From Anthoceros angustus (lineage: Eukaryota > Plantae > Anthocerotophyta), in assembly GCA_010909165.1 (NCBI GenBank), contig MU008184.1, forward strand, positions 310,001 to 374,000: a stretch of 64,000 nt of DNA. Reading direction: 5' to 3'. Shown in pieces: positions 1 through 12,572 of this stretch. Position 1 is the stretch's first letter. Each line of letters begins with the position of its first letter. The notes beneath the pieces are model-generated. The model worked only from the letters and a program-made list of their open reading frames with translations, had not been told where the DNA came from and searched no databases. Both the position numbers and the translations under genes were made by a program.

Positions 1-678
1 GACATGAGCGGGAGAAAACGGGCAGGAGCTGCTAGGCCAAAAGGGTCAGGCAAAAGACGACGGATGTTGAAGATGCAGGAGGAGTCGACTCGATGACGTC
101 AAGAGTCGAGTGCCGCCGCCACGGTGGTGGTATGTGCAAGTCCATGTCGGCAATAAGCCCGGATTGAGTTAGCCGGACGCCGTAGATTTTGATGCAGTTC
201 CTTTCTTGCGTGCAAAGCGGGAGCAAACGGCAAATGAAACACGCACCGGGCAAGCGGGGACATTACAACCGCCATCGCAGTAATGTGGTTGGTGGAGGGG
301 AGTGCTTGGATGAAGAACTTCCACACGCTTCCAGGGCCGAGGACGGGTGATGGTCAGTCACGAACTGAGGAAGGGAGATCGGCCTTATAGCAGCTGCCAC
401 ACCTGTAGAGCGGCATTCCATATTTCTGACGTAGCGTTTACAGTGTCCTTCGATAAGTTTAGCAAGTTGTGGAATGAACCTCGAAAACAATGGCATATGT
501 GCTGCAAGCCGCACATGTTCGTATACGAAGCGAAAGTCTAGATTGGGAAAAACGCACAAAGGGGGACGTTTGAAGAAACGTAATGCGCATGTGCAGCATT
601 TGGTGGTAAATGTGATGAGGTATATATTAATGTATGAGGTGTATACTTATAAATATACATGGTTAGATATCTATATGA

Positions 679-681
<3 letters not shown>

Positions 682-737
<56 letters not shown>
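682..737. repeat. (AT)n microsatellite, ~28 units
   Basis: Uninterrupted TA dinucleotide run seen directly. Confidence 0.98.
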
Positions 738-738
<1 letters not shown>

Positions 739-1169
739 GTGTTTCAATCATATATATAGGATTACACAGAACAAGTCGGCCTACCAACCGTATACATAGA
801 TAGACATATAAATAATGTACAATCCTTCTATACATAAATAGGTAATAAACAAGTGTTTCAGCTGTGTATATGGGGCTTGAAAGCAAAACCAGGTGTGGAC
901 ACAAGGGTGCATTGAAGAGGGAAGGTAGATTAATCATAAATGCATGGCTATGCAAGGGAGGTAAGATGGAAATAGGATGATACCCACAGGGAGAGAGATA
1001 GAGTTACTGATAACTGCTATGTAGGAAAAGCAAGAGGGGAAGAATAAAATACTGGTGGGAGAGGGGTGCTCATTGTCACAACCATGCTGGAACACAAAGA
1101 GGGAAACAATAAAGAAATGGGTGTCATACTGGAGCATTAACTAGGAGTGTGAGATGAAAGGAGAGACCA

Positions 1170-1640
1170 GGAGCATGCTGTTAAGATGGTAAGAGGAAGT
1201 GGAAAACAAAATCACAAACTTAACACCAAACCTTTCAACTTAATGATAAGCTCTTAATGGTGAGGTGTAAGGTCAGGAGACACTTGCATGTTGTTAAGAT
1301 GGTGAGAGAAGGTGGAGGAGGAAATCACAAACTTAACACCAAGCCAGCTAACTTTTTGGGTGTTCCACATGGAAAGTGTTACATGAAATTGTAACAAAGG
1401 ACTATAATATAAGCAAGTTTTCATTCTATATGTTTGAAATCATAAACAAGGCTAGCGAGAGGGAGGTTGTACTTAGGAGGTTGAGGTGATGAGAGAGAGA
1501 GCCAGGTTCATGTTAAGATGGTGACAGCATGAGAAGGGAATAGTGTCAATCTTAATTCCAAGCCTAAATAGCATGTTGCAATTTGGAAGTGTAACATAAA
1601 ATTGCAATAACGACTGTAACATAGGCTGCCTTTTCTAGTA
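1170..1640. repeat. Imperfect purine-rich direct repeats (three partial copies)
   Basis: Motif tgttaagatggt...aaatcacaaacttaacaccaa recurs near 1180, 1290 and, more degenerately, 1510. Confidence 0.65.
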
Positions 1641-2429
1641 GGGAATACTGCTAGGCCATCGGGTGTCCGATATAGGAATTAATGACATGGTCGCTAACAG
1701 AGTCTCTAATTGGGTCCGTGACAACCACATCCGCAACCGAGACCTCGTCCCACGCGGAAGGCGGGTGCGCAGTAGAGAGTTAGGGAGGTGGTACGGATGG
1801 GTCCGAGGCTGTAACCTTAGACCGTTGATGCTTCATAGAGCGACTCGTAAGTCTGTTTGATTCATTAGGCGGGTCGGGTTGTTCCCTCAGTATTTCTTGT
1901 AGTACAGGGCGCACCTAGCACATGGGCACGCTAGCGGATCACGACCGCTGGCCACGTCGGACAACGGACTCAGGCGCCTGTACGACCAATGCGGATAGCA
2001 TCACGAGTGGACCTTAGGAGGATCGGGGTCCGCTGAATACCCATGTCGGGGACAGAGTCTGGTGGATGGGGTACGTCCATCGATATTGGTACGGGCTAGT
2101 TAGGGGTACCCGAAAGTAGATAAATTAGTAGGCGAATGGTGCGGCACGACACATTCCCTTGGGATTGAACCATACACTACACGATACGGGACATAGTGTG
2201 CGCCCGGTTGGTCCGTCGGCGAAAATACGTCCATAAGGATGAACATGCAAAAATACCGTAAAACTGATTGTTTTGTTTGTCATCACCCCTTCTAAATCGA
2301 GATATCTACATTTGGATGCAGTACAAAGCAACCAAATGGACATGCAGGATGTGACACTGCGAGTTTGAACACTACATTTCAATTGTAGAGCACCCTGAAA
2401 AAGTGTCAAAAAAATATCCATACACGTTT

Positions 2430-2660
2430 TCGCCCTTAAAAAGACGGGATTTTAGGCAAAACTCTTTTTACTGGAGAAACTAATTTCTACCTAAACACTA
2501 TCTGAAACATAAACTTCCTTTGATTTTAGATTAGAAATAGTTACTTAAAATTAATAGCTTCTTAATTAAAAATAGCTTTCCAATAACAAGCACTAGTGAA
2601 ATAAGATAACAGTATAAAAATAAAAAATATATAAATAAGTTAATTAGTATTTGCCTTGTT
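2430..2660. repeat. AT-rich dispersed repeat; related inverted copy at ~30780-31100
   Basis: aaacataaacttcc.ttga...ttttagatt and aatagct.tccaataa...gtgaaataag...agtataaaaata match the reverse complement of ~30790-30940. Confidence 0.7.
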
Positions 2661-2679
2661 ATAAAGAACCCGAATGTGG

Positions 2680-3811
2680 TTCCAGGCTTCATGGAATCTC
2701 CAGAAAAGGTCAAATCTGATAGAGATGCCATTGAGCAGAGTATACTACCGCTCCTTGAAAGGGAAGAAATCGCTCTCCTTGGCCATCGAGAACATGACGT
2801 CTCGTACGGCGTCGTGTGTAGCAATACGCTGTCCGCCCATTATACAATGCACTAAGTGGGCCCAAGGGTCGTTGATGGAGGCCCCACAGCAGCAGGCTGG
2901 AAGAGAACAGGCTAGTGGTTGGACCAGACCCAGGTGAAACCTCATCGCGGTAGAAAAAGAAGCTGGTGCGATTCGGAATGCTTGGATGCAAGGGCGGGCC
3001 AGAAGCCATGAATTTGCACCCTCTCCTAAGCAAGAGCGAAGGTGAGCTCCAGCGGGACGAGCAATGGATGAATCCAGAAGAAGACCATGCAACACCTACC
3101 CATAATGCTTCTCTTAGAGAGAAGCCTGCAACCCCCGAAGCCCGTCTGTGAGAAACGAGGAAAAAGAAGGCATGGCCTCCCTGGCTAGAGGGGGTAGGAG
3201 GCCCCTAGCTGACCTTAGGGACACTTGGAGGGGGAAGCACCCCTCCTCAACTCCTGCGAAAAAATTCTCCAAAATGCTGCTATCTTAGATAAGGAAGCGA
3301 GAGGCCAAAATCGGGGCCGATAAATTAATGTCTCCCAGAGACTGCATAACCTGCTTGTGGAAATCTCCAAGTTGAGAAAGAAAAACTGGAGAGGGGGGAT
3401 AGTGTGAATGAGGTACCCAGGGTGGCGCGCGAAGCAGGAAGAGAGGATGCCGAAGGCCACCTGTGGGTCGCTCAACCTTGAAAGGTCGTCGATATGCGCA
3501 AGATCTTCTTTCAAAGCAGCATCCACAAATTCCCGTATAAAGCCCGAGGACCCGATTGGGACTCCAAGGACCCGCAGCCCCTGTGGAGAATCAATATCCC
3601 CCCCGGGATAATGAAAAGGGGGCGTAATACCGGACGGGGACCAAACCTTACACTTTAAGATCTTGACCTTCAGGCCAAGGCGGGAGAGCTCCAAGGAGAA
3701 GAGGTCGAAAGCATCTTTGACTTTGTCCACCGGCCCCAGGATGTGGGTGTCGTCGGCCACGACGGAAAGAGGCACTCCCACACCGAGGAGGCAGTTATTC
3801 ACAGGGCCTTG
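2680..3811 (-). mobile_element. CRE-clade non-LTR retrotransposon, 3' half (RT C-terminus, Cys/His finger, start of restriction-like endonuclease region); degenerate
   Basis: Minus-strand CLFPS/VADDTHILG, GLRVLGVPIGS, RHPGYLIHTIPP, HLRSCLGEGANSWLLARP and CCCGASINDPWAHLVHCIMGGQRIATHDAVRD are typical CRE/RLE-type ORF motifs; frameshifts present. Confidence 0.85.
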
Positions 3812-6800
3812 TGTGGCGTGACTTTCGCTGATGGCCAGCCGGGCGCGCACAATCCCGTGTCGTTGTAGTAAGGAGTCCGCTCCCAAGAGAATGAATGGCT
3901 CCGTTTGCCACGTTTCAATTGTTCCTCACCTTACTTAGTGTCCGTTCAGTCTCAGCACGCCTATTTATCGTTTCATACCCAACTACCCGCAACGTTCACC
4001 GACAGGCCCGGTGCGGCCAAACGTTTAAGGACCCGTTCGCGTCCGTGTCGTTCAAGTTCGTCACTCATCCATCTAGTCCGTTCCTCTCACCCTGCTCACT
4101 ACACTCATCGTCCTTGGGGAAAAACGCGGGTGGCTATGCGGTCCGGACCTCCTCCGTAGCTCTGCGGGCCTCTCCGTCCGGGCTCTGCACGCCCTCCCGG
4201 AGTTCCTCCGGCTCACACGTTCCGGTCCGTCAGCAGCTGGGGCCCTTTGCTCGGGCGAGCAAGGGTCCCTAAGCTGCTCCCTGCACACACCACCACCGTT
4301 AGGGTCATCACTAAGACCTTGATCGGTCTCTCTGTCGGCCTTTCGATGACTCGGGACTCGCGTTAACAAGAAGGCACCCAAGAGCACTGCCCAAGGCAGC
4401 ATCAACACCAAGAGAAAGATGCTTTACTCGGGCGACCTCGGCCCTCTTATACTACGCCGGTCGCCGCCTTTATTACACCTCTATTACAGAGGAGGGCCAG
4501 CTCGGCGCCCTAATCGGCCGCCTACTATTCTCCCTATTCCTCCTATCTCCGCCGTCGGTGGTGGGGTGAGATGGCCTTGATTCCGTCTTGGCACCGGCCC
4601 AAAGCCAAGCCACGGCTGCGGCGCCGCAATCGGATGATCCATGGCGGGACCTACCTCTCCCAGGGTGCAGCCGGCGCTACCGTGGCGGCGACAGCGGTCA
4701 CCACTAAGTCCTCCTCCCCCTCCTCTCTTATCTCTCTGGCGGGCCCCTGTGCAGCGGGCCCTCCAAGGGCTGGATCTGCTGGGGCTGGTGTGGCGAGACT
4801 TTCGCTGATGGCTAGCCGGGCGCGCACAATCCCGTGTCGTTGAAGTAAGGGGTCCGCTCCCAAGAGAATGATAGGCTCCGTTTTGCCGTGTTTCACCCAT
4901 TTCTCACCTCACTTAGTAACCGTTCAGTCTCAACACACACATTCATCGTTTTATGCCTGACTACCCGCAACGTTCACCGAACAGGCCCGGTGTGGCCAAA
5001 CGTTTAAGGACCCGTTCGCGTCCGCGTCGTTCAAGTCGTCACTCTCCACTCTAGTCCGTTCCTCTCACCACTCACACTACCCTCATCGTCCTTGGAAGAA
5101 ATCGCGAGTGGCTGCAGTCCGGACCTCCTCCGCCGCTTTGCCAGGCCTCTCCGACTGGGCTCTGCACGCCCTTCCGGAGTTCCTCCGGCTCACGCGTTCC
5201 GGTCCGTCCAACGCTGGGCCGCTGCTCTGGACGAGCAAGGGTCCCTAGGCGCTATTCCCTGCACACACCACACACGTTAGGGTCCGTCACCAAGACCTTG
5301 ATCAGTCTCTCCGGTGCTGTCAGCCTGCTCAGTGACTCAGGACTCGCGTTACAAGAAGGCACACAAGGGCCTGCAAGAAGACGCGGCATCAACACCAAGA
5401 AAAAGATGATTTACTCAGAGCAGCCTCAGCCCTCTTATACTACGCCGAAGGTCGCCGCCTTTATTACACCTCTATTAAAGGAGGGCCAGCTCGATCGCCC
5501 TGTCGGCCGCCTACTATCCTCCCTCCTATCTCCGCCATGGTCGGTGGTGGGATGGCCTTGATTCGTCTTGGCACCGGCCCAAAGCCAAGCCACGGCAGTG
5601 CAGGCGCGCAATCGGATGATCCATGGCGGGACCCTACCTCTCCCAGGGTGCAGCCGAGGCGGCGGGCTGAAACGGCGGTCACCACTAAGTCCTCCTCCCC
5701 TCCTCTCTTATCTCTGGCGGGCCCATGCGGCAGCCCTCCAAGCTGGATCTGGGCTGGTGGCGAGACTTTCGCTGATGGCTAGCGCGCACAATCCGTGTCG
5801 TTGAAGGGTCCGCTCCCAAGAGAATGATAGGCTCCGTTTGCCGTGTTTCACCCATTTCTCACCTCACTTAGTAACCGTTCGGTCTCAACACACATTCATC
5901 GTTTTATGCGACTACATAGCGTTCACCGAACAGGCCGGTGTATAGCGTTTAAGGACCCGTTCGGCGTCCCGCGTCGTTCAAGTCGTCACTCTCCACTCTA
6001 GTCCGTTCCTCTCACCACTCACACTCGTCATCGTCCTTGGAAGAAATCGCGAGTGGCTGCCGGTCAGGACCTCCTCACGCCGCTTTGCCGGCCTCTCCGT
6101 GGGCTCTGCCCTTAGTTCCTCCGGCCGGCGTTCCGGTCAGGTCAGCGGGCCCTGCAGACGAGCAAGGGTCCCTAGGCGCTATTCCTGCACACCACACACG
6201 TTAGGGTCCGTCACCAAGACCTTGATCGGTCTCTCGGTGCTGTCGGCACCTCGGTGACTCGGGACTCGCGTTAAGAAGGCACACAAGGGCTGCAAGAAGG
6301 CAGCATCAACACCAAGAAAAGATGATTTACTCGGGCGACCTCACCCTCTTATACTACGCGAAGGTCGGGCGCTATTACACCTCTATTCAGAGTGAGGCCA
6401 GCTCGGCGCCTAATCGACGCCTACTCTTCTCCCTATTCCTCTTATCTCCACCGGTGGTGGGGCTGGGATGGCCCCTGATTCCGTCTTGGCACCGTGTGGT
6501 AGGGAAAACCCGGGGCACTCCCGAGGTCCTCCCACTATAGCGGCCACACTTATCCCACTGTCGCTTCGTACGTTGGGTTTCGTCCCATGAGACTTGTGTG
6601 AAAGTTCGAGGTCGTGCGATGCCCGATCGCTACCTGCAGAGACACAACTTCTTAGCCTTCTCAACGAGCAAGGCGCCTCCTCACCCCTTACGGCTGCCCT
6701 CGGCGCCCGGCATCGCCAATTCTCAACCTACAACGACACGACACGGTTGGGTCCACGCCTCGGCCGGCGGCTATCACGGCGCCCAGAGACCCCCAGTCCA

Positions 6801-9800
6801 CACAGCGATTTGGTCCCTACTTCTAAGACCACTCTTCTTCACTGTGGGCGCCCTTTTACTTGCAGTTGGGATTCGTCCCTTAGGCTGCACTGTGGCCTTC
6901 CACTAACACATTACACCTCTAATCCTCTACTCATCTTCTCATCCTCTCATCCTCTTCCTCCTATTCTAACCTCGGTTAGCTTCTGGCCGACTCGCCTTAC
7001 ACTGTTGCACACGGGTCGGCCTCCACCGACAAGTTCTTCCTTGGGCCAGTTCTTTATAGGTTTGGCACAGACAGTGAGAACCTCCGAGTCTTTCCGCATG
7101 GTCTACCTCAAGCCGAGAGTTCCCCAGGCATTGCCACACACCCAAAGCAAAGCAATTTCACAACCATTCACAAGGGGAGCAACTCGTTTAGGCACTTGCA
7201 AGGAGCAAGTCCTCCACCAAGCACTCCGTGCCGCGACTTCCTCTCTACAGAATGCGTTGGCTCACACTGACAATTCTCTGTAATGGCAAAGAACTCGATG
7301 AGGGTGGAAGCGCAAGACGTGATACTTTATTTTGTGAAATCCTCCTCCTCTTACAGGAGGCCTCCCACATACCGTGCCATCGCCCAATATTTTTGGCACC
7401 AATATTTTTGGCAATGGGTTTACTCAAAACTACCACCATGCACTTCATGAGTTGGGGATTCTTGGCCTTCAGAAACCCTTCACGGCATCCACACCTGGCT
7501 TCCTCCGGAACCAGCCTCATCCTTGCAGCTTGGCTCTTAGCAATCCCATGAGGAGAACAAACACCAAGCTAAGCACCAAGAACACTAAGGACGTCCCCCT
7601 CTTAGAAGAAATTCACTCTCAAAACCCAGCCAAGGCACACCAAGACCCAAGAAATTGGTGCCACAAGAAAAGAGAACACCAAGAGGAGATGGCGGCATCA
7701 CTCTTAAGAAGGCACACACACAGGCAGAGGGCGCACACACAAGCTCTAGCTCACTCCCCTCCCTGCACTTTTAGACAGCGCTCCAGTCTTCTCATGCGAC
7801 AATTATAGCAACAGAGCTCCTAAATTGCAGCCATAGATTTGAGTGGTTGCTGCAAGCATGTGGCCATATCCCATCCATTATTTCGCACACCAGCCATAAC
7901 CTCTAATTTCTATCGTAGCCATCAATCCCCACCATGAATCTAAGGATCCTTTCCATCCATCTTGCACAAATTCAAGACCCTAGCTGGTTTGCACCAAGAA
8001 GGCTCTTAAGTCATCAATCCTTCAGCTCCTGTGCAAGAACAACATTCCCTGCATCTCCTTGGCCCTAGGCGCTCCCATAGAGACCATCCTACCCAGCAAA
8101 ACCCAAGGAAAAAGCTCAATCCTCAGCCTCCAAAATCTGCGGCACTGCAACTCCCTACTAAGAACTTTCCCAATCAGCTCCCGTGTCTTTTGCAAATATA
8201 AGCTCATACTCCTCACAAAAGGCACCCCATCTGATCTGATCCACAGGACGCTTAACTCTGGAGTTCTTATATCCACATATCCAACACACCAAGTTTCCCT
8301 GTACATGCCTTGACACATACATTTTAGTCATTCATTATTGAACTCCTCACCAAGCTCTTCTCCACATTTCTCCTTAGCGAACTCCTTGACCAACTCTCGA
8401 ATCAGCCTACCTTGCTGCCCAGTTCTCCTCGCGGCCACCTCCCTTCACACCTACTTGCAGCCCAACTGCGAATTTTGCCTTCATGATGCACACCCCATTG
8501 CGATTCCTTCACCATATTGCAGCCCATCTGCAATACTGCCTTCCTGTGGCTGTGCCACCTCCATCTTGCAGCCCAGCTGCAAATTCAGCTTGCCATGAGA
8601 GCTCTACCATGGCCTCTCCTAGTTCGGCACACGGCCCTATCATGCCATCCTCACATCATTACTCCACTGCAAGTACTTCCACATGCTTCGGCACTGCCAT
8701 GGCCTCCTCTTGCAAATGACTAGCATTCGGTGCACCATAACTTCAGCTCTCTTCTCTGTCTTCTTCATCCTTCGCCTTGTGGCCTTCACCCTGCTGCAAC
8801 ATGTGCTAGGCACTCTCCAATTCCCCTTCCTGCCGCTGTAGGCTGCCTATCTACCCCACTCACCCTTGTACGTGTTGTTCCTATCGCGGTAGGGTGTGCA
8901 CCTATCATGGTAGGCGTCTCCCTATACACCAGTTGGCCCTATCCGGCCTGCATCTCTTGAGCTCTTCTCTGGGGCTCGCTCATGGAGGTTTCCTCCTCCT
9001 CCGGAAGCAACCCCTCGTGTTCTACCACTGCTTCCTCCTCTTCCTTCGCAGAGTCCTCCAGCCCTGATGCTGCAGCGCTTGACGATGCCTGTCCTCCAGT
9101 GTCATAAAAGGCAATGGTCTTTCCATGCTTGGCCTCAGATGGACAATCTTGAATGGATGCCAAGAACCTTCCAGCTCCTTGCAATTTCCACACACACACC
9201 CCGGCCTTGACCTCGCCCTTGCTCACAATTCCCCTGGCTCTTATACCCTTGCTTTTCCTTACGAGTTTCCAATTCTTTGTGATTTGAAGAAGGAATTCTC
9301 TAAGCGTTCACGATTCTTACATCTTCTCCAGCAAGTTGAGAGTCCCTTCTCCGCAATTTCTCTTCAATTTTGACATGCCTTGCTCTTCCCAACACTCCTT
9401 TGGGCTTGGGCAAGCATTGCCTTCTTCCTTCCTTCCTTCTTCTTCTCTTGTTGCACCCCTACTTGTCTTGCCTATTTTCCTCCTCTGCCTAGCTTGCGCC
9501 TCTTCTCTATCCTGCAGGCGCACGTACATTACTTGTGTGGGGCTCTTCTCTGACTCTTGGTGTGGCGCCTTCTGCAGTGTTGGCGCTTCCTCACCTTCAA
9601 GTTGTGACCTCCTACACATGCGTGATTATAAAGATAACTTGGGGTTAGGAATGGTAACTACCAATCTACTCGCCCTTGGATATGCACCACGTGGCACCTT
9701 TTCTCTGATTGATTGGAGTTTCCCAATTCCTCTTATACTAAGATACTATTTCCCCCTAGTTTCCTAACGGCCCAATCTAGCTTTTAATTTCCTATTCTGA

Positions 9801-10408
9801 CCCATTTATCTAGTCCACTATTGGTGGGCATATATAGTGGATATCTCCCTATCCTAAATTCCCTTTTTAGTCGAGATTTCGTCAGCCTACCGTGGTAGTC
9901 TGCCAGCCTACTGCGGTAGTCTGCCCTTCCTCTCAGCCTACCGGCGTAGTGTGGCAGCCTATGGCGGTAGTCTGCCAGCCTACCGCCCCTTCGGGCTACC
10001 TTCCTATCTGGCCCAGGGGTCATTTTGACCCGTTTCTTTTCCCTGAGATATCCTCTCTGCCTCCCTAACAGTATCCTACAACTCCAGCTTCAAGGATTTC
10101 AGAAAATCCCCGGCATGATCCCCTTCAATCATTTTTAGCCAAAAAAAATCAAGTTCGTTCGTCCTCCGGCTCTTTTGGGCTGGTTGCCCAAACTTTTGCG
10201 TTCCACACACCGGCGGCCCAAAGCCGAGCCCTAACGACTGCGGCGCACCCAATCGGATGATCCGAGGCGGACCCTACCTCTCCCGGTACCTCCAGTGCGC
10301 TCGGCGGCGACAAGCGGTCACCACTAAGTCCTCCTCCCCCTCCTCTCTTAACTCTCTGGCGGGCCCCTGCGCGGCGGGCCCTCCAAGGGCTGGATCTGCT
10401 GGGGTTGG
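3812..10408 (+). repeat. Three head-to-tail ~975-bp copies of the family A left terminus (units start ~3812, 4789, 5756; unit 3 interrupted by family B)
   Basis: Each unit starts (tg)tggcg.gactttcgctgatggc and ends gctggatctg(ct)gggg.tgg; unit 3 resumes at 10213 after the nested insert. Confidence 0.85.
6495..10207. mobile_element. Family B element nested in family A (TGTGG...CCACA, 5-bp TSD CACCG), 3.7 kb
   Basis: caccg at 6490-6494 and 10208-10212. Ends TGTGGTAGGGAAAA vs reverse-complement TGTGGAACGCAAAA match 11/14. Host repeat is continuous across the removed insert. Confidence 0.88.
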
Positions 10409-11984
10409 TGTTCGGTGGCTCTCCCCCACTCCCTGAGTCTGGCCCTCAGGACCCCGTCTCGACTCCGGAGTCCGGACCTCTAGGTCCGGCCTTCCCTCTG
10501 GGGTCTAGTTCTCTGTGTTCGGCCTTCTTTCTGGAGTTCGGGCCTCGGGGTCCGGACTTGCCTCTGGGGTCCGGTCCTTTGGGCCCAAACCTTCCCCTGG
10601 AGTCCGGACCTCAGGGTCCGGTCTCGTCACTAGAGTCTGGATCTCTAAGTCCAGACTTCCTTGGGGCCACTGAGCGGCCTTTCCTCGAGTCCGGACAAAG
10701 TCCGGACCCACTCTGCGCTCAGCCTGAGCCTCGTTGGTCGATGTTGGGCCGGTAGCCGCCTCGGCCAGTCGCGAGCCCTCTTCGCCTCCGCCTCCCCCGT
10801 GCAGAGATCTTGACCGTGCTTGGGCCTCCTGCGCTTGCCTCACACTGGAGGACCTTGGTCCGGTCTTCCCGATCCTTCGGATGCGCTCCGCCTCCGTTTC
10901 CTCTCGTCTGCGAGGACTTCGCCTTCTTCCTTGCCTCCTAGGCCTCCATCTGCTCACGGAGGAGCACCATGCGCCTCCTTGTGGCCTCCACCTCACAGGT
11001 TTCTCGGCCGTCCGTGAGTCCCAGAGCATACCGTCCATGGCAGTGGCAGGGACCCGCCGTGTCTCTTCCACAGGCACCTGAGACCCCAAGAAGTCCGTGG
11101 GCGGGCATCTCGTCCGCCAAGGACCTCCATACCGCAGCCGGAGTGAGTCCGGACCTCGGGGTCCGGACCTAATCAAGACCCTTAGGTCCTGAGTCGAGGT
11201 CCGGAGCCTCACCTTCTTTTACGCCTCCGGTGGGCGGCCTTCCGGTCTGCGTTCCTCTTCTCCTTCCTTGGAGGTTGGCGTGCCCCACACATGAATTAAG
11301 AACGGCGATAGCGCGCGGAGGAGGCTGCTCACACCTCGACATGAGCTTCTAATTGATCTGGCGAATGATCCTTCCCGATCGCCCCTCGCCTCTGCGGCGC
11401 ATGCGGGAACACCGCAGATTGTCACCAAGGTGATCTACCTTGGTGAGCATGTTCCGATGGACAATGATCGCCATGCCTCACCGCCACTGGAGGACCTTGG
11501 TCCGGTCTTCAATCGCGCGGACCTTGCGCTCCGCCTCCCCCGTTCTCCTCGATGCGGCCGAGGACTTCCGCCTTGCCTCCTAGGCCTCCATCTGCTCTCT
11601 GGAGGAGCACCATGCGCCTCCTTGTGGCCTCCACCTCACAGGTTTCTCGGCCGTCCGTGAGTCCCAGCATACCGTCCATGGCGGTGGCAGACCCGCCGTG
11701 TCTCTTCCAGCCACCAGTGAGACCCCAAGTCCGGGGGCGGGCATCTCCCGGTCCGCCAAGGACCTCCATACCGCAGCCCGGAGTGAGTCCGGGCTGGGCT
11801 GTCCGGACCTAATCAAGACCCTTAGGTCCTGAGTACTGAGGTCCGGAGCCTCACCTTCTTTTCTGCCTCCGGTAGGGCGGCCAGCCCCTTCCGGAGTGCG
11901 CGTTCCTCTTCTCCTTCCTTCAGGAGGTTCGCGTGCCCCCACACATGAATTAAGAACGGCGATAACGCCGACGGAGGAGGCTGC

Positions 11985-12572
11985 TCACACCTCGCCCAGA
12001 GCTTCTAATTGATCTGGCGAAGATGATCCTTCCCACCGCCTCCGCCTCTGCAGCGCATGCAGGAACACCAGCAGATTGTCACCAAGGTGATCTACCTTGG
12101 TGAGCATGTTCCAGTGGACAATGATCCTGGCCACTGCCCTCACCCTCCTGTCCAGCAAGTCCGACATCAACCAGCCGTTGGTTGTTCGTTGCGTCCCTGG
12201 CTTCAGCAGGGCGGCCTTTGCCGCCTCTATCTTTCCTCTGGCCTTGAGAGGTTCCGGGACTACGCCCCCAATTTCCTCCGCTGGACGGTTGTACACCGCC
12301 CTCAGGACCTCCACGGTCCACCTCCTAGGGTCCTCTCGAAGGCTCTTAGACCGAACCTCCTTGTTGGCCGCTGCCAACATCTTCCGGGCGTACTCCCGGA
12401 CTAGGGCGACGCTGTCGAAGGTCCAGACAGCCTGGAAAACGTCCAGGTGCCATTCCTTGACCAGCTCCCCCGCCTCCTCGATTCTGGCCCAGTCCGGGTG
12501 GCGCTTGGTGGCGATGTTGCATTCACCAAGCTCCATGGCTCCCCAAACCTCCGCCGCTTTCTTGGGTCCCAT
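11985..12572 (-). CDS. 195-aa ORF inside family A element, resembling the plant retrotransposon-associated 'putative plant transposon protein' (Transposase_32 / Athila-ORF-like)
   Basis: LVREYARK...WTVEVLRAVYNRP...DLLDRRVRAVARIIVHW...LLVFLHAL resembles the LVREFY..N / W..FI / LLYAI pattern. EDPRRWT..YNRP.EE.GG is retained in copy 2 (~45790-45850, ~47050-47120). Family call is by eye. Confidence 0.55.
   Translation of the reverse strand: MGPKKAAEVWGAMELGECNIATKRHPDWARIEEAGELVKEWHLDVFQAVWTFDSVALVREYARKMLAAANKEVRSKSLREDPRRWTVEVLRAVYNRPAEEIGGVVPEPLKARGKIEAAKAALLKPGTQRTTNGWLMSDLLDRRVRAVARIIVHWNMLTKVDHLGDNLLVFLHALQRRRRWEGSSSPDQLEALGEV

Noticed and set aside
474-955. ORFs with IYIYIY runs
   Set aside because: Translations of the (AT)n microsatellite.
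1640-2420. Possible retroelement or Penelope-type terminal segment
   Set aside because: No second copy, TSD, PBS or coding motif in the window to support a call.
4000-6500. Many 60-140 aa ORFs in family A repeats (also 42000-47700)
   Set aside because: Overlapping ORFs in all frames are expected in GC-rich, stop-poor repeats; only the 11985-12572 frame shows motif conservation.
8939-9260. Retropepsin-like FYDTGG and degenerate zinc knuckle in family B
   Set aside because: Single short motif without the flanking flap or HHG pattern; could be chance.
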